Positions 38,615 to 47,951 of a DNA stretch of 64,000 nt are shown one piece after another. Every line of letters begins with the position of its first letter. The first letter of the stretch is position 1. The notes below the pieces were generated by a model. That model was given only the letters and a program-made list of their open reading frames with translations. It did no database searches and had not been told where the DNA came from. The translations under genes and the position numbers were made by a program. Origin of the DNA: Candidatus Hydrogenedentota bacterium (GTDB taxonomy: Bacteria; Hydrogenedentota; Hydrogenedentia; Hydrogenedentales; SLHB01); the NCBI GenBank assembly GCA_963668025.2, contig CAXXTH010000010.1, positions 1,152,001 to 1,216,000 of the forward strand, in the 5' to 3' direction.

Positions 38615-41154
38615 CCGAGCGTTTTAGCGTAAAAGAATGCCTGCAAGGCTACACCAATGAAGTATTGGACGCCATGTGTGGATATTGGCGTTTGGATGCC
38701 GGGAATAAGCCTGGCCGCATCCGTGCGCTTGAACGTGTTTTATGCGATGAACTGCATGTCAGGCAGAGCGTAGAGCGCTTGAGCGTGCCTGCTTTGCGGC
38801 TCTTGGCGTTGCTTGCTGAACGCCCCTCCGCTTCAGCGGTCGATGCATTGGGTGTCACTGGCCTCTACGGAGATCGGGAGCCTCCCTCCGCCATACAGGA
38901 AATAGTACGCGCTGGGCTCGCCTTAGTTTCGCCGCTCAGCGGATCAGGCGCGTTCTCGATGATACAATTGGGGCATGACGCGCCGCCAGGCCAGACTGGG
39001 CCTGTGCTTTTTGTTCCACGTTTGGTTGCAGGCTTGCTACCGCCACCTCCTTCGCTCCACACGGGCATCGAGCCCGTGGAAGAAGACGCCCAGGCGGGCC
39101 CGAATCCTCTTTCGGAAGAAGCTACGTCCGCTTTTCTGGAGACTCTTCGCATTGTAGAACTCCATTCCCCTCGCGTCACTTCAGCGGACATATTGCACAA
39201 AAGCGATTTGATGAAGGCGCGCACCGCCGCACGGGAAGCCGGTGTCTCCGCGGACACCATGGATTTATCCCTCATGATCGCCAGGAAACTGAATTGCGTC
39301 GAGAACCGGGGCGGGCGCTTAGTTACGACGGCCCGTGCTGGCCGTTGGGCTGAAGAGCCGCTTCCCGAGCGCATGCGCGATTTATTCACTGCCTTTCTTG
39401 CTTCAGAGGAACTGGCCGACCTGCATATGTTCTTCGCACAGGAGTTCGATGCCATTGCCGAGCATCTGCTGCCTGGCACGCTTCGGAGAACGTATCACCG
39501 GCGTCTTGCCGCCGCATTACTGCGTGAATTGCATGCAGGCGCGTGGTATTCAGTAGAGCAATTTATTGACGCCATTCGGCGCACGGACCGCAATGTGCTG
39601 TTCCTTTGTGAACAATGGCGCGCAATCCAGGCCAATGTGCGAGGCGACGCCATGGCATGGCGGGAACGCGCCTGGGCGGCAGGAGAACAGCGCTATTTTA
39701 CGTGGATGATCGCCAAAGTTTGCCAGAATTTGGGCGTTTTGGAGCTCGACGCCAGCGGAGCCCTTTTCCGAATCACCTCCATGGGCAGCTATATGCTGGG
39801 CAAGGAAAACAGCGAGGCGAGCAGAGAAACACCCCAAGGTGAATCGATTCATGCCCCAAGCAATAGCCGGGGCCTTACCATACAATCAGACCTCGAAGTG
39901 ATCGCCTATTTGGATAGATGCCCGCCCGATCTGAGGCGAAAGCTCGATATTTTTTGTGAACGCGTACGTGGCGGGGTCGTCTCGACATATCGCCTTACCC
40001 AATCCAGCGTCTACCACGGCGTTTGCTCAGGCACGCCGCTTGATGAGTTTTTCCGGCTTATCGAGGCCAATGCCCAATTTGATATTCCGCACAATGTCCT
40101 CGACCAGTTCCGAAACTGGCAGCGCAAATTGTCTTCCATAACTATCCGCACCCACTGCGATATATTGGAATGCGCCTCCGACGCCTTGGCGGCGCAATGC
40201 GAGATTACGACGCCAGGAACACGCCGCATTGGAGAAAGGTTCCTGCTGATTGGCGCGGCGAAGGCTGAAGCGGATATCAAGATCGACTATAGCCAGCCAT
40301 TGCCGTCCTGCCTCGTGCAGGAATCTGGGCTCGAGTTGCGCGCGCCATGGAGTGAAGCCCATCTATTTCTTTCCCGGCAATTAATGGAGCTGGGGGAGGT
40401 GCGGCGCGAAACCAACGGAGATATTATCCTGAAGCTCGCGCCAACGGCTATATCAAAAGACGCGGACTGGGGGCTCCTGGCCGCGCAATTGGATAGCCTG
40501 GTCAAGAAGCCGCTTGCGGCGCGATACCGGGCTGCGTTGCGCGGATGGTCCGGCGAAGGCGCGACTGGCAGGACTCGCACCGCCACGCTTGTCCGCTTTT
40601 CCGATCCCGAAACTTGCCAGGCGGCTCTGGAATTGGCCAGTGATCTGGCGCTGGTCGAGGGGCGGCTGGGATTTTTTACCCTAGTGGTCAAGCAAGGCCG
40701 TCTCAGCCAATTTAAACGTAAACTCCGGGAGCATGGCATTCCCGTGTTGGCTTCAAATGGGGAAGGGAAGTGGGATGATGGCGCGCCGGAAGGCTGGATT
40801 AACCGGTTAGCCATTGAACCGCTCCAGCCTGCGGAAGATGAACCCCGACCCTCTCGTGAAGCGCGCGGCAGTGTTGAACCGGCGGAAGAACCAACGGAAC
40901 TGCTGCCGTATTATTCGCCCCGGATTGTGCGGGAAATCTTGGATGACGCCATCTTGCGCCGCAGGCCGGTTCTTATTGCATACCAGTCCGCCTGGAGCAG
41001 TAAAACTTCATACCGCCGAATAAATCCAGTCCACGTAGATACCATAGGGCCCACGCCCACGCTCAGCGGATACTGCCATAATCATCAGGGTTCGCGTACG
41101 TTCAAACTTAGCCAGGTCAAAGGCATTCGCGTACTGGAAGACGAGACATTTTAA
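38611..41154 (+). CDS. Helicase-associated (XPB-type Helicase_C_3) domain protein with C-terminal WYL domain
   Basis: L.IQ.D.EV......L..F.E......YRLT..S.....G........L.....IP.NV......W; C-terminus AI..R.V.I.Y......R.I.P......L.GYCH....RTF.L..V. Confidence 0.8.
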   Translation: MTERFSVKECLQGYTNEVLDAMCGYWRLDAGNKPGRIRALERVLCDELHVRQSVERLSVPALRLLALLAERPSASAVDALGVTGLYGDREPPSAIQEIVRAGLALVSPLSGSGAFSMIQLGHDAPPGQTGPVLFVPRLVAGLLPPPPSLHTGIEPVEEDAQAGPNPLSEEATSAFLETLRIVELHSPRVTSADILHKSDLMKARTAAREAGVSADTMDLSLMIARKLNCVENRGGRLVTTARAGRWAEEPLPERMRDLFTAFLASEELADLHMFFAQEFDAIAEHLLPGTLRRTYHRRLAAALLRELHAGAWYSVEQFIDAIRRTDRNVLFLCEQWRAIQANVRGDAMAWRERAWAAGEQRYFTWMIAKVCQNLGVLELDASGALFRITSMGSYMLGKENSEASRETPQGESIHAPSNSRGLTIQSDLEVIAYLDRCPPDLRRKLDIFCERVRGGVVSTYRLTQSSVYHGVCSGTPLDEFFRLIEANAQFDIPHNVLDQFRNWQRKLSSITIRTHCDILECASDALAAQCEITTPGTRRIGERFLLIGAAKAEADIKIDYSQPLPSCLVQESGLELRAPWSEAHLFLSRQLMELGEVRRETNGDIILKLAPTAISKDADWGLLAAQLDSLVKKPLAARYRAALRGWSGEGATGRTRTATLVRFSDPETCQAALELASDLALVEGRLGFFTLVVKQGRLSQFKRKLREHGIPVLASNGEGKWDDGAPEGWINRLAIEPLQPAEDEPRPSREARGSVEPAEEPTELLPYYSPRIVREILDDAILRRRPVLIAYQSAWSSKTSYRRINPVHVDTIGPTPTLSGYCHNHQGSRTFKLSQVKGIRVLEDETF

Positions 41155-41180
41155 TGAGCGGCCTGATCCACTAAATGATT

Positions 41181-41219
41181 ATGCCCGGAGAGCCGAATGG
41201 GCGTCTCCGGGCATTTTTT
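41181..41219 (+). terminator. Intrinsic terminator between convergent genes
   Basis: ATGCCCGGAGA-loop-TCTCCGGGCATTTTTT. Confidence 0.8.
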
Positions 41220-41247
41220 CTCGCCTGGCGGGGTCGAGGAAAGCTCG

Positions 41248-42162
41248 TTAAGCAGTCGCGGCGGGCCAGCAAAAAATGCTGGACTGGAAATCCTTTGAAG
41301 TGATTGAGATGCGCCCGCTCGCAGCCAATTCAGAGCCGCAATGTCCGCAATATTGGTATCCACTTGCTCTGTCCGGCGTCTCTTGGCCGCATGAGGGGCA
41401 CGGGGAGCAATGAAGCACTTGTATGATGCTTTCGGCGTTTTGCCGCGTCCGCCGGGCAAGCGCTCCGCGGAACGGCACAATATTCGTCGAACTGGCTGGC
41501 TCTGCAGGGCGAACCTCTTGCACTCGGGCAGGTAAGAAATCGAAAACCGCATGAGCTGAATCGCATGCATTGCAGGATAAACGGCCGCTCTTCTCTGATT
41601 CATGGCGCTGTGTGGCGCTTGCCTCATGCGCATGCGTTGGGTGATGGTGTGCAGACTGGGCAAGAACCCTATCATGGGCCATATACTTCACTTCAAATGC
41701 CAGCTCCACTTCCAGCATGTCTTGCTGTTCGGGATAATACCGTTGAATGGCCGTATATAAATCACCCGGTTCGCATAATAACGGTTTGACGCGCAAACCG
41801 GTTATCTCCTCTAGCTCCTGGACGGTGGCCACATCCAGGGGGCACACCATGGCTACTGTCAACAGGCTTCCCAACCGATCTAGCGGAAACACTTCACGTG
41901 ATTCCGCAAACTCGCGGGGAATAAGCTCTACGAGCGCATGGTCCACCGGATATGCGCCGATACTGATGCTGGCTACTCCAGGCTGCTTGGCCATGAACTC
42001 GCAAAATTTAGAAGGTTTTAGATATCCAAACTGCATCAGCAACGCGGCAAGACGCCCCCCTTGTTCCCGTTGGGCGTTGAGGGCTTTTTCGAGCTGCACC
42101 TGGGTGATCATGAACGATTCGACCAGGAGCTGTCCTAAGAATTTTTTATGCAATGTTTTCAT
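41248..42162 (-). CDS. Stand-alone MshEN/GspE N-terminal domain protein with C-terminal zinc ribbon (no ATPase)
   Basis: LG.LL....IT..QL..AL..Q....RL...L...G; IP.E.A....V.P......L.VAM..PLD......L...TG..V; CPSCG...CGHCG. Confidence 0.8.
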   Translation of the reverse strand: MKTLHKKFLGQLLVESFMITQVQLEKALNAQREQGGRLAALLMQFGYLKPSKFCEFMAKQPGVASISIGAYPVDHALVELIPREFAESREVFPLDRLGSLLTVAMVCPLDVATVQELEEITGLRVKPLLCEPGDLYTAIQRYYPEQQDMLEVELAFEVKYMAHDRVLAQSAHHHPTHAHEASATQRHESEKSGRLSCNACDSAHAVFDFLPARVQEVRPAEPASSTNIVPFRGALARRTRQNAESIIQVLHCSPCPSCGQETPDRASGYQYCGHCGSELAASGRISITSKDFQSSIFCWPAATA

Positions 42163-42224
42163 CGTGGCACCTCTTGTGCGCAGTATATTTGTGGAGTAGT
42201 TCCCCTAATGCGCAACACAGAAAG

Positions 42225-42240
42225 AGCAAGCGTTGTGCCA
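42225..42240 (-). promoter_or_regulatory. Sigma-54 (-24/-12) promoter
   Basis: Minus strand TGGCAC-AACGC-TTGCT, matching consensus TGGCAC-N5-TTGC(A/T), about 60 bp upstream of ATG 42162. Confidence 0.8.
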
Positions 42241-42425
42241 ATGATAAAATGATGAAAAAGAGCCAAAAAACCTGCTTTTATGTATCTATTGCATCTAGGA
42301 CAGGGGAGATATAAAGAAAATAGTATTCAAATCTGAGCTACTCCAAAAAGCGGGTGTCTAGAGTTGTTCACGAATGAGTAAATATTTTCAGATGGGATTT
42401 GGGTTAGCGGCAAAAGCCAATCAAA

Positions 42426-43937
42426 TCACTCCGACTGGGCGCCGATGTGATACAACCATAATGAAGGTTCGCCGCCAAAGGGATGCAACTGGAAATGGAA
42501 TCCATTGTATTTCAAGAAAGCCTCGAATTCCGCGAGCTTATCCCATCGCCAGATTAACACCCATCCTTTTCCGGCGCTCAGGCTAGAGACGGCATCATGC
42601 AAAGACTGCTGGCCATCGGCCACTTGGATTCGGGTTGGGGAGATATCCGAGTTAAAGGCCAGGGCTTCCGCGTTATAGTCCTTCATAGCGACAATCGCCT
42701 CATCGCCTGCTCCATGTGCCATGATAAAGGAGGCCGCCGACCGGTAATCGGGCCGGAGAGGCGTCCGGAACTGGAGAAGCTGGAATGCGAACAGCGTAAT
42801 GGCGGCGACTGTGAACACGCGCTGGAGCGAGCGTGGCGGCAGGCTGGTTATGCCTTGGGCAGCGAGAAGATAGAGGGGCGCTGAACTGGGAAGCACATAC
42901 CGGTATACGAATAATGGGCGTATGGTCCAGGAGGCCGTGAAAAGAGCAAGCGGAGGAATAATCATCCAAAGAAAGGCAAGGAGTGCGCCCCGGCGAGTTG
43001 GCGTGTTCACGGACGTACGCGGCATCCGCCACATGGCATAAGCGGCGGAGGCGTACAACAGGAGCGCCAGAGGAATATCCAGCGACAGGCCGCCGGGCAT
43101 GTGTTCCGCCGGGCTCCAGTTGGTGCAGCGGCCTCCCGCTAGAACAATAAACGCATTCGCCAACTGGGTTAAGGGCGGCCTTGTGAACCAGAGGGCATTC
43201 TCGGGCACATCGGGCGTCCAGCGGCACGCCACCCACGCCGCCAGCAGGACAAGCAATAGGGCATGCCCTCCGAACCAAATAGCCATCGGACGGCGGCGGC
43301 GGTATTCGAGCAGCAGCGCCAGTCCTTGCACCGGCAAGAAGAAAACCGCAAACAGGTGGGTCCATAATAGAAGGGCATTGACGCCAAAGCATATGAGCCA
43401 GGAACGGATTCGGTCGTTGTCGAGGGCGTGCAAGAAGGCGAGCATCGAAGCGGCGCATAACGCCATCATCAGCGCATACATCCGCACTTCCACGGCATAA
43501 TACGCTGCTTGAGGCGACATCGCCAAGAACAAGGCGGCTAAGAGACCCGTTCGCGCATTCGCCAACCGGCGTCCGAGGGCATAAATGAGGGGAATTAACG
43601 CCAGGCCGCAGATATACGAAAATAGGCGTGCATGAAACACGGAATACCCGGTGAGCCGCAGCCAGGAGTAGGCCAATTCAAAATACAAGGGGATTAGTGT
43701 AGCGGGCGGATCGAATTGGGCATGCAGGGCATGGAATTCGGCATAGCTGGGGGCGTCCATGCCATGCAAGGTGTATATTTCATCGTAATAAGCCGAATCA
43801 TTCAGGCCAGGTGTCCGAATGGCCGCCGCGAACAGCAAAATCAGCGCCAGCCATGCGCCTGGGCGTACTCGAAAACAACGAAGGCGTTCCTGTAGAGGGG
43901 TGATTAATGAACCGGATGTAGGAGCCATGTTGATCAT
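42426..43937 (-). CDS. GT-C fold membrane glycosyltransferase (PMT/ArnT-like)
   Basis: R...L....YDE, PLYF, RL.S, SP...YY..E.R.Y, multiple TM helices. Confidence 0.85.
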   Translation of the reverse strand: MINMAPTSGSLITPLQERLRCFRVRPGAWLALILLFAAAIRTPGLNDSAYYDEIYTLHGMDAPSYAEFHALHAQFDPPATLIPLYFELAYSWLRLTGYSVFHARLFSYICGLALIPLIYALGRRLANARTGLLAALFLAMSPQAAYYAVEVRMYALMMALCAASMLAFLHALDNDRIRSWLICFGVNALLLWTHLFAVFFLPVQGLALLLEYRRRRPMAIWFGGHALLLVLLAAWVACRWTPDVPENALWFTRPPLTQLANAFIVLAGGRCTNWSPAEHMPGGLSLDIPLALLLYASAAYAMWRMPRTSVNTPTRRGALLAFLWMIIPPLALFTASWTIRPLFVYRYVLPSSAPLYLLAAQGITSLPPRSLQRVFTVAAITLFAFQLLQFRTPLRPDYRSAASFIMAHGAGDEAIVAMKDYNAEALAFNSDISPTRIQVADGQQSLHDAVSSLSAGKGWVLIWRWDKLAEFEAFLKYNGFHFQLHPFGGEPSLWLYHIGAQSE

Positions 43938-45565
43938 TTTTGTTCCACGGCTTGAAATGGCCGGATGTTTGGATTCTTCATCTCATACAGGAAGAGCGAG
44001 GCTTTAGTGGTGTGCAATTTGTCTATTTGTTTGCCTTTTGTGCTTAATAATTGTTCAAGATAGCTCATTTCACCTCCACTGAGATGCGCATCCACTTCTT
44101 GCAATAGCACCCAAACACGTGGCTTACCCTCTAGTCGCTCAATATCTTTGGCGTAGTGGCTCCAATCCGCGCGGGAGGTTATCCCCGCCGTATATGCATC
44201 AAGCGGTATTCCATATCGCCTGGCGTAGTATCGAAATGGGTAATGGGCCCAATACTGGACATACAGCCAATCGCCTGGCTGGAACTGGCGCGCCAGGTAG
44301 CGCATCTCGGGCCGGATGCCTATATCGCGCGCCGTGGGCGTAAATGCGCCAGGAAGGTGAAGGAGAGGGGGAAACAATAATAGGGCCACAAGAATCCATA
44401 TCGCCGCGTATGCGAACGCCCCCTTTCTGGCGAGGGAGGCCGACATGCTGTTTGTGTACGCAAGCGTCAATTCCACCCCGGCTCCAATGAACACAAACAG
44501 CATCGGAGCAACAAATAGGAGAAAGCGGCTGGTAAAGGGATAGCTCCCAAAGGCGCTGGCGGCGAGGGCCGCACCCCAGGGCAATAACGCGGCAGTGGCA
44601 AATACGGGTGCGCGTTTCACCAGCGCCCATGCCCCTGCTACAAAAAATACTGCGGTAATAGGAGTGGCGATTCGTCCCACATGCTCTTCAAACATCCCTG
44701 CAAATGCATGGACAAACCAGCGCAGGTCTGTTATCGAACGGGGCGGAAAAGGCATATAGGCGTGCGTCCACCATGCATGCAGGGCGGGATCAGAGCCCGC
44801 TTGGCTCAAGGAGATGATGTAATAGAAACCAAAACTTAATCCCCAAATGCTGCCAAGCGCCGCCAGGCGTATCATGCGGGCGGTGTCGCGGCTGGCCAGC
44901 GCCGCGCCCGCCAGGGCTGTTCCAATGCCAAAAAGGATAAATATGGATGGCAGCGAAAACCAAGGAGCGGCGGCTCCCGCGCATGCGGCGCTTAGCCAGT
45001 GTATGCGCTTCCACGATGATATGGGCGTTTGAATGGCCAGCACATACAGCCCCAGCGCGATGGCTGCATCAGAGGCATACGGTTTAAGCTCCGAAGCGAA
45101 ATAGATGAAGGCGGGTGATATGGCGAATAGAGTGAGTGCGATGGCCATGCCGGTAATGGAAAGGAACCGGCGCGCTACGAGGTATACAAGCACGGGAGAT
45201 GCGCATGAAGCGAGAACAGATAGAAGGCGCAAGGCGTATTCGCTGATGCCGAAAACGTACATAGCCAGCCGAGTAAGCAGGAGAAAGCCCCAGGGAGCGG
45301 CTTGTTGGTGGTAGAGCGGGCCGAGCAGGTCCAAAAGGGAGAGGTCGAAGAGGTTATCCAGGAGCAGCGCTTCATCCAGCCAAATCGCCGGATTGCTCCC
45401 ATATCGCACCAGACGCAATACAATGGCCAGCAGAATCAGTGCGGCGCATATGATGGATAAACGGCATGGAGGCACGTTTGCGTTCGCGCACAAACATGCC
45501 TGTGTGAAGTGCTGTTTCTTATTAGGAGCTCCCACAAGCAGTCCGGCCCTTTCGTTACACGACAT
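43934..45565 (-). CDS. GT-C fold membrane glycosyltransferase (second paralogue)
   Basis: W.DE..L, P.GF, E..LRL.S, SP..IYF..E.K.Y, YP...R..LF..P. Start at ATG 45565; coupled to the next gene. Confidence 0.82.
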   Translation of the reverse strand: MSCNERAGLLVGAPNKKQHFTQACLCANANVPPCRLSIICAALILLAIVLRLVRYGSNPAIWLDEALLLDNLFDLSLLDLLGPLYHQQAAPWGFLLLTRLAMYVFGISEYALRLLSVLASCASPVLVYLVARRFLSITGMAIALTLFAISPAFIYFASELKPYASDAAIALGLYVLAIQTPISSWKRIHWLSAACAGAAAPWFSLPSIFILFGIGTALAGAALASRDTARMIRLAALGSIWGLSFGFYYIISLSQAGSDPALHAWWTHAYMPFPPRSITDLRWFVHAFAGMFEEHVGRIATPITAVFFVAGAWALVKRAPVFATAALLPWGAALAASAFGSYPFTSRFLLFVAPMLFVFIGAGVELTLAYTNSMSASLARKGAFAYAAIWILVALLLFPPLLHLPGAFTPTARDIGIRPEMRYLARQFQPGDWLYVQYWAHYPFRYYARRYGIPLDAYTAGITSRADWSHYAKDIERLEGKPRVWVLLQEVDAHLSGGEMSYLEQLLSTKGKQIDKLHTTKASLFLYEMKNPNIRPFQAVEQK

Positions 45566-45662
45566 ACCCCTCTTTTGTCTGCTACTATAAGTCGGGCGGC
45601 ATGCCCATTCAACGGCGCGATATGTTGCCGAAACGCATGGAGTTATTACAGGAGGCCTAGTC

Positions 45663-45917
45663 TTGAGTAGATCGATCATCTTATACTCGGCGAAACTGTG
45701 CGGCGATTGCCAGCAATTGAAGATGTTCATGGACGCCCATGGCATTGCATATGATAACCGTGACATCCGGGAGAATCCCGCTTACGGCGAAGAACTGGAA
45801 CAAAAAACAGGCAAACTCGGCGTGCCCTATCTTGTCATTGACGGTGAGTGGATTCGCGGCTACCAGCCGCGCCAGCCCTTCTCCGAGGAGTTCGCTAGAA
45901 GCCTTTTCGGGTTATAA
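45663..45917 (+). CDS. Glutaredoxin family protein (NrdH-like)
   Basis: CGDC redox motif, GVP...IDG. Confidence 0.88.
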   Translation: MSRSIILYSAKLCGDCQQLKMFMDAHGIAYDNRDIRENPAYGEELEQKTGKLGVPYLVIDGEWIRGYQPRQPFSEEFARSLFGL

Positions 45918-46198
45918 AGGGCATGCGTTTTTCCTGTGCGGCATGGATGCAGCCATATGCATGGATTTGGGAAACGCGAATGGACGCACATGAACGCGAA
46001 TATATGCTTAATCTAACGCATGAGTATTTTGAGAGATGCATGGAAAAAGTTTTTTGGAATCTCGGTCGCATATAAAATTTACCTTATTTTCTATTCCTAT
46101 ATTGAACATATTACTTTACGTTGGAGTTATGGGAAGGACGTCATTAGTCCTGTTCCATCAACGCGTATCTAGACGGATATGTAACGAAAGGCGCTAAG

Positions 46199-46837
46199 AT
46201 GCAAAAGGCTGTATTTTCTAGATGCCGTTTATGTTTGCATGTTATCTATGGCTTGCTTTTTTCCATGTTTATACCTTCTTTAACTTCCTGTATTATGTTT
46301 GAACATATTCATGCTATATCTAGTCTAAGAACAAAAGAGGCGTTTCTGAATGAAAAATCTCTTACATCCGGATATTATGTTTCACCTAATGGTATATATA
46401 TTGAAACTATATCAGGGAGTAATATTGAAATCTCTCTAATACAAGCTTGGATTAATGGAGCGACATCAATGGAAATGACGATAAAGAGCACAGGAGAAAG
46501 GAAGCTTAATATTCATCCATTTGAGTGTACTTTGACTCCTCTACATAATATTGCGGATACACCAAGAGTACTATGTAATCCAGGACTAGAAAATACATCA
46601 TATTTTGCTTCAGACTATTATCTTTTCGAGAATGGAACGTCTAAGAAAAACGCTAACGATGAAAATGTAATACTAGTTAATCCTGGAAGCACAACGGACT
46701 TTAAACTGGTTTTTCCTGTTGATTGGTATTCATCAGCTAAAGTGATAATACCTATATATTGTGATGATCAGCTCAATCAAGATATATTGAAATTGGAATT
46801 ATTGATACAAGGTCTAGGAAAACCGTTAACATGGTAA
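46199..46837 (+). CDS. AT-rich hypothetical protein, possible lipoprotein
   Basis: 212-aa ORF; hydrophobic leader plus LTSC; visibly AT-rich relative to its flanks. Confidence 0.6.
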   Translation: MQKAVFSRCRLCLHVIYGLLFSMFIPSLTSCIMFEHIHAISSLRTKEAFLNEKSLTSGYYVSPNGIYIETISGSNIEISLIQAWINGATSMEMTIKSTGERKLNIHPFECTLTPLHNIADTPRVLCNPGLENTSYFASDYYLFENGTSKKNANDENVILVNPGSTTDFKLVFPVDWYSSAKVIIPIYCDDQLNQDILKLELLIQGLGKPLTW

Positions 46838-47027
46838 AACTCCCAAGTTATAAAATCTGATAAAATCTTGTTCCGTATATAAGCTCGATGGGAACCATTA
46901 ACCACAAGGGCGGCGTTACGGTGAAGGACGGTTCACGTATGCTCTTGGTATTTTACCACGATCCGGCCACAAGATGCTCAAGAGACACAAAATGTGATCA
47001 AATCACAAGAAAAGATATGCACTTCCC

Positions 47028-47051
47028 GTGGCATGGCCGTCCCGGCCATGC
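47028..47051. repeat. Single REP-like element (same family as 14447)
   Basis: GTGGCATGGCCGTCCCGGCCATGC, one mismatch to the first half of the 14447 doublet. Confidence 0.75.
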
Positions 47052-47093
47052 GGTATCAGAATGTGATGCATGAAACAAGATAGGTTTGTGTAA

Positions 47094-47918
47094 ATGGTTG
47101 TAGATGAATTCGCGCCCCGGGTGTTCCGGGCGTTTACCACGGGGCGTTTTCGCCTGGTATTGATGGATTTTGATGGCACCATCAGCCTGCTGCGTTCCGG
47201 CTGGGATGATGTAATGCGAGAGGTGATGCTCGAGAGTATCACGGGCGGTGTTAACGCTGAGCCTGGCGTTCAAGCGGAAGTGGACCAGTACATCGAGCAA
47301 TCCGCGGGATTAAGCGCGCTGCACCAAATGCAGCATCTCGCGGCGATGGTGCGCCGCCATGGCCGAGTGGCTTCGGTAAAAATGCTGGATGGCCACGGAT
47401 ATAAAGCCATTTTCAACACGCGCCTGCTGGCGCGGGTGGGGGCGCGCATCCGTAAAATGGAATCGGGCGAGGCGGTGGCCGAGGACATGACTGTCCATGG
47501 CGTTATTCCGTTTATCCGGTTGCTGCACGCGCGCGGCATGCGCTTGTCCATCCTCAGTGGCACGGATGAGGACGCCGTGCGCCATGAGGCCGGATTGCTG
47601 GGAATTGTGGACTACTTCGAGAATGTTTGGGGCGGAGCGCCTCACAAGCCCCACTACACCAAGGCGGGCATCCTCGATGAAGTACTGGCGGAATGCGGCG
47701 GGCGGCGGGAAGAAGTGTTGGTGATAGGCGATGGGGCCATCGAGATCCGGGAGGCCCACGCCCGTGGATGCGCCGCTATAGGCGTGGCGGCCAATGACCA
47801 TACTGGGCGTGGCTGGGATGAATCGAAATGTGAACTGCTTCGCGCGGCTGGCGCGGACTGGCTTATTCCCGATTATCGGTCGACCGAACAGCTTGTGGAA
47901 CAGCTTTTTAAAACGTAG
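47094..47918 (+). CDS. HAD superfamily hydrolase
   Basis: DFDGT motif I, SGT motif II, K motif III, IGDG..E motif IV. Confidence 0.88.
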   Translation: MVVDEFAPRVFRAFTTGRFRLVLMDFDGTISLLRSGWDDVMREVMLESITGGVNAEPGVQAEVDQYIEQSAGLSALHQMQHLAAMVRRHGRVASVKMLDGHGYKAIFNTRLLARVGARIRKMESGEAVAEDMTVHGVIPFIRLLHARGMRLSILSGTDEDAVRHEAGLLGIVDYFENVWGGAPHKPHYTKAGILDEVLAECGGRREEVLVIGDGAIEIREAHARGCAAIGVAANDHTGRGWDESKCELLRAAGADWLIPDYRSTEQLVEQLFKT

Positions 47919-47942
47919 GGGCGCGTTGCAGCGCACCCCTAC
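47915..47942. repeat. GTAG...CTAC REP-like palindrome overlapping the HAD stop codon
   Basis: GTAGGGGCGCGTTGCAGCGCACCCCTAC between convergent genes. Confidence 0.65.
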
Positions 47943-47951
47943 ATCCAGGCA

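Noticed and set aside
42164-42178. Second sigma-54-like site on the plus strand (TGGCAC-CTCTT-GTGC)
   Set aside because: The -12 element is imperfect, it overlaps the minus-strand RBS, and no plus-strand gene follows.
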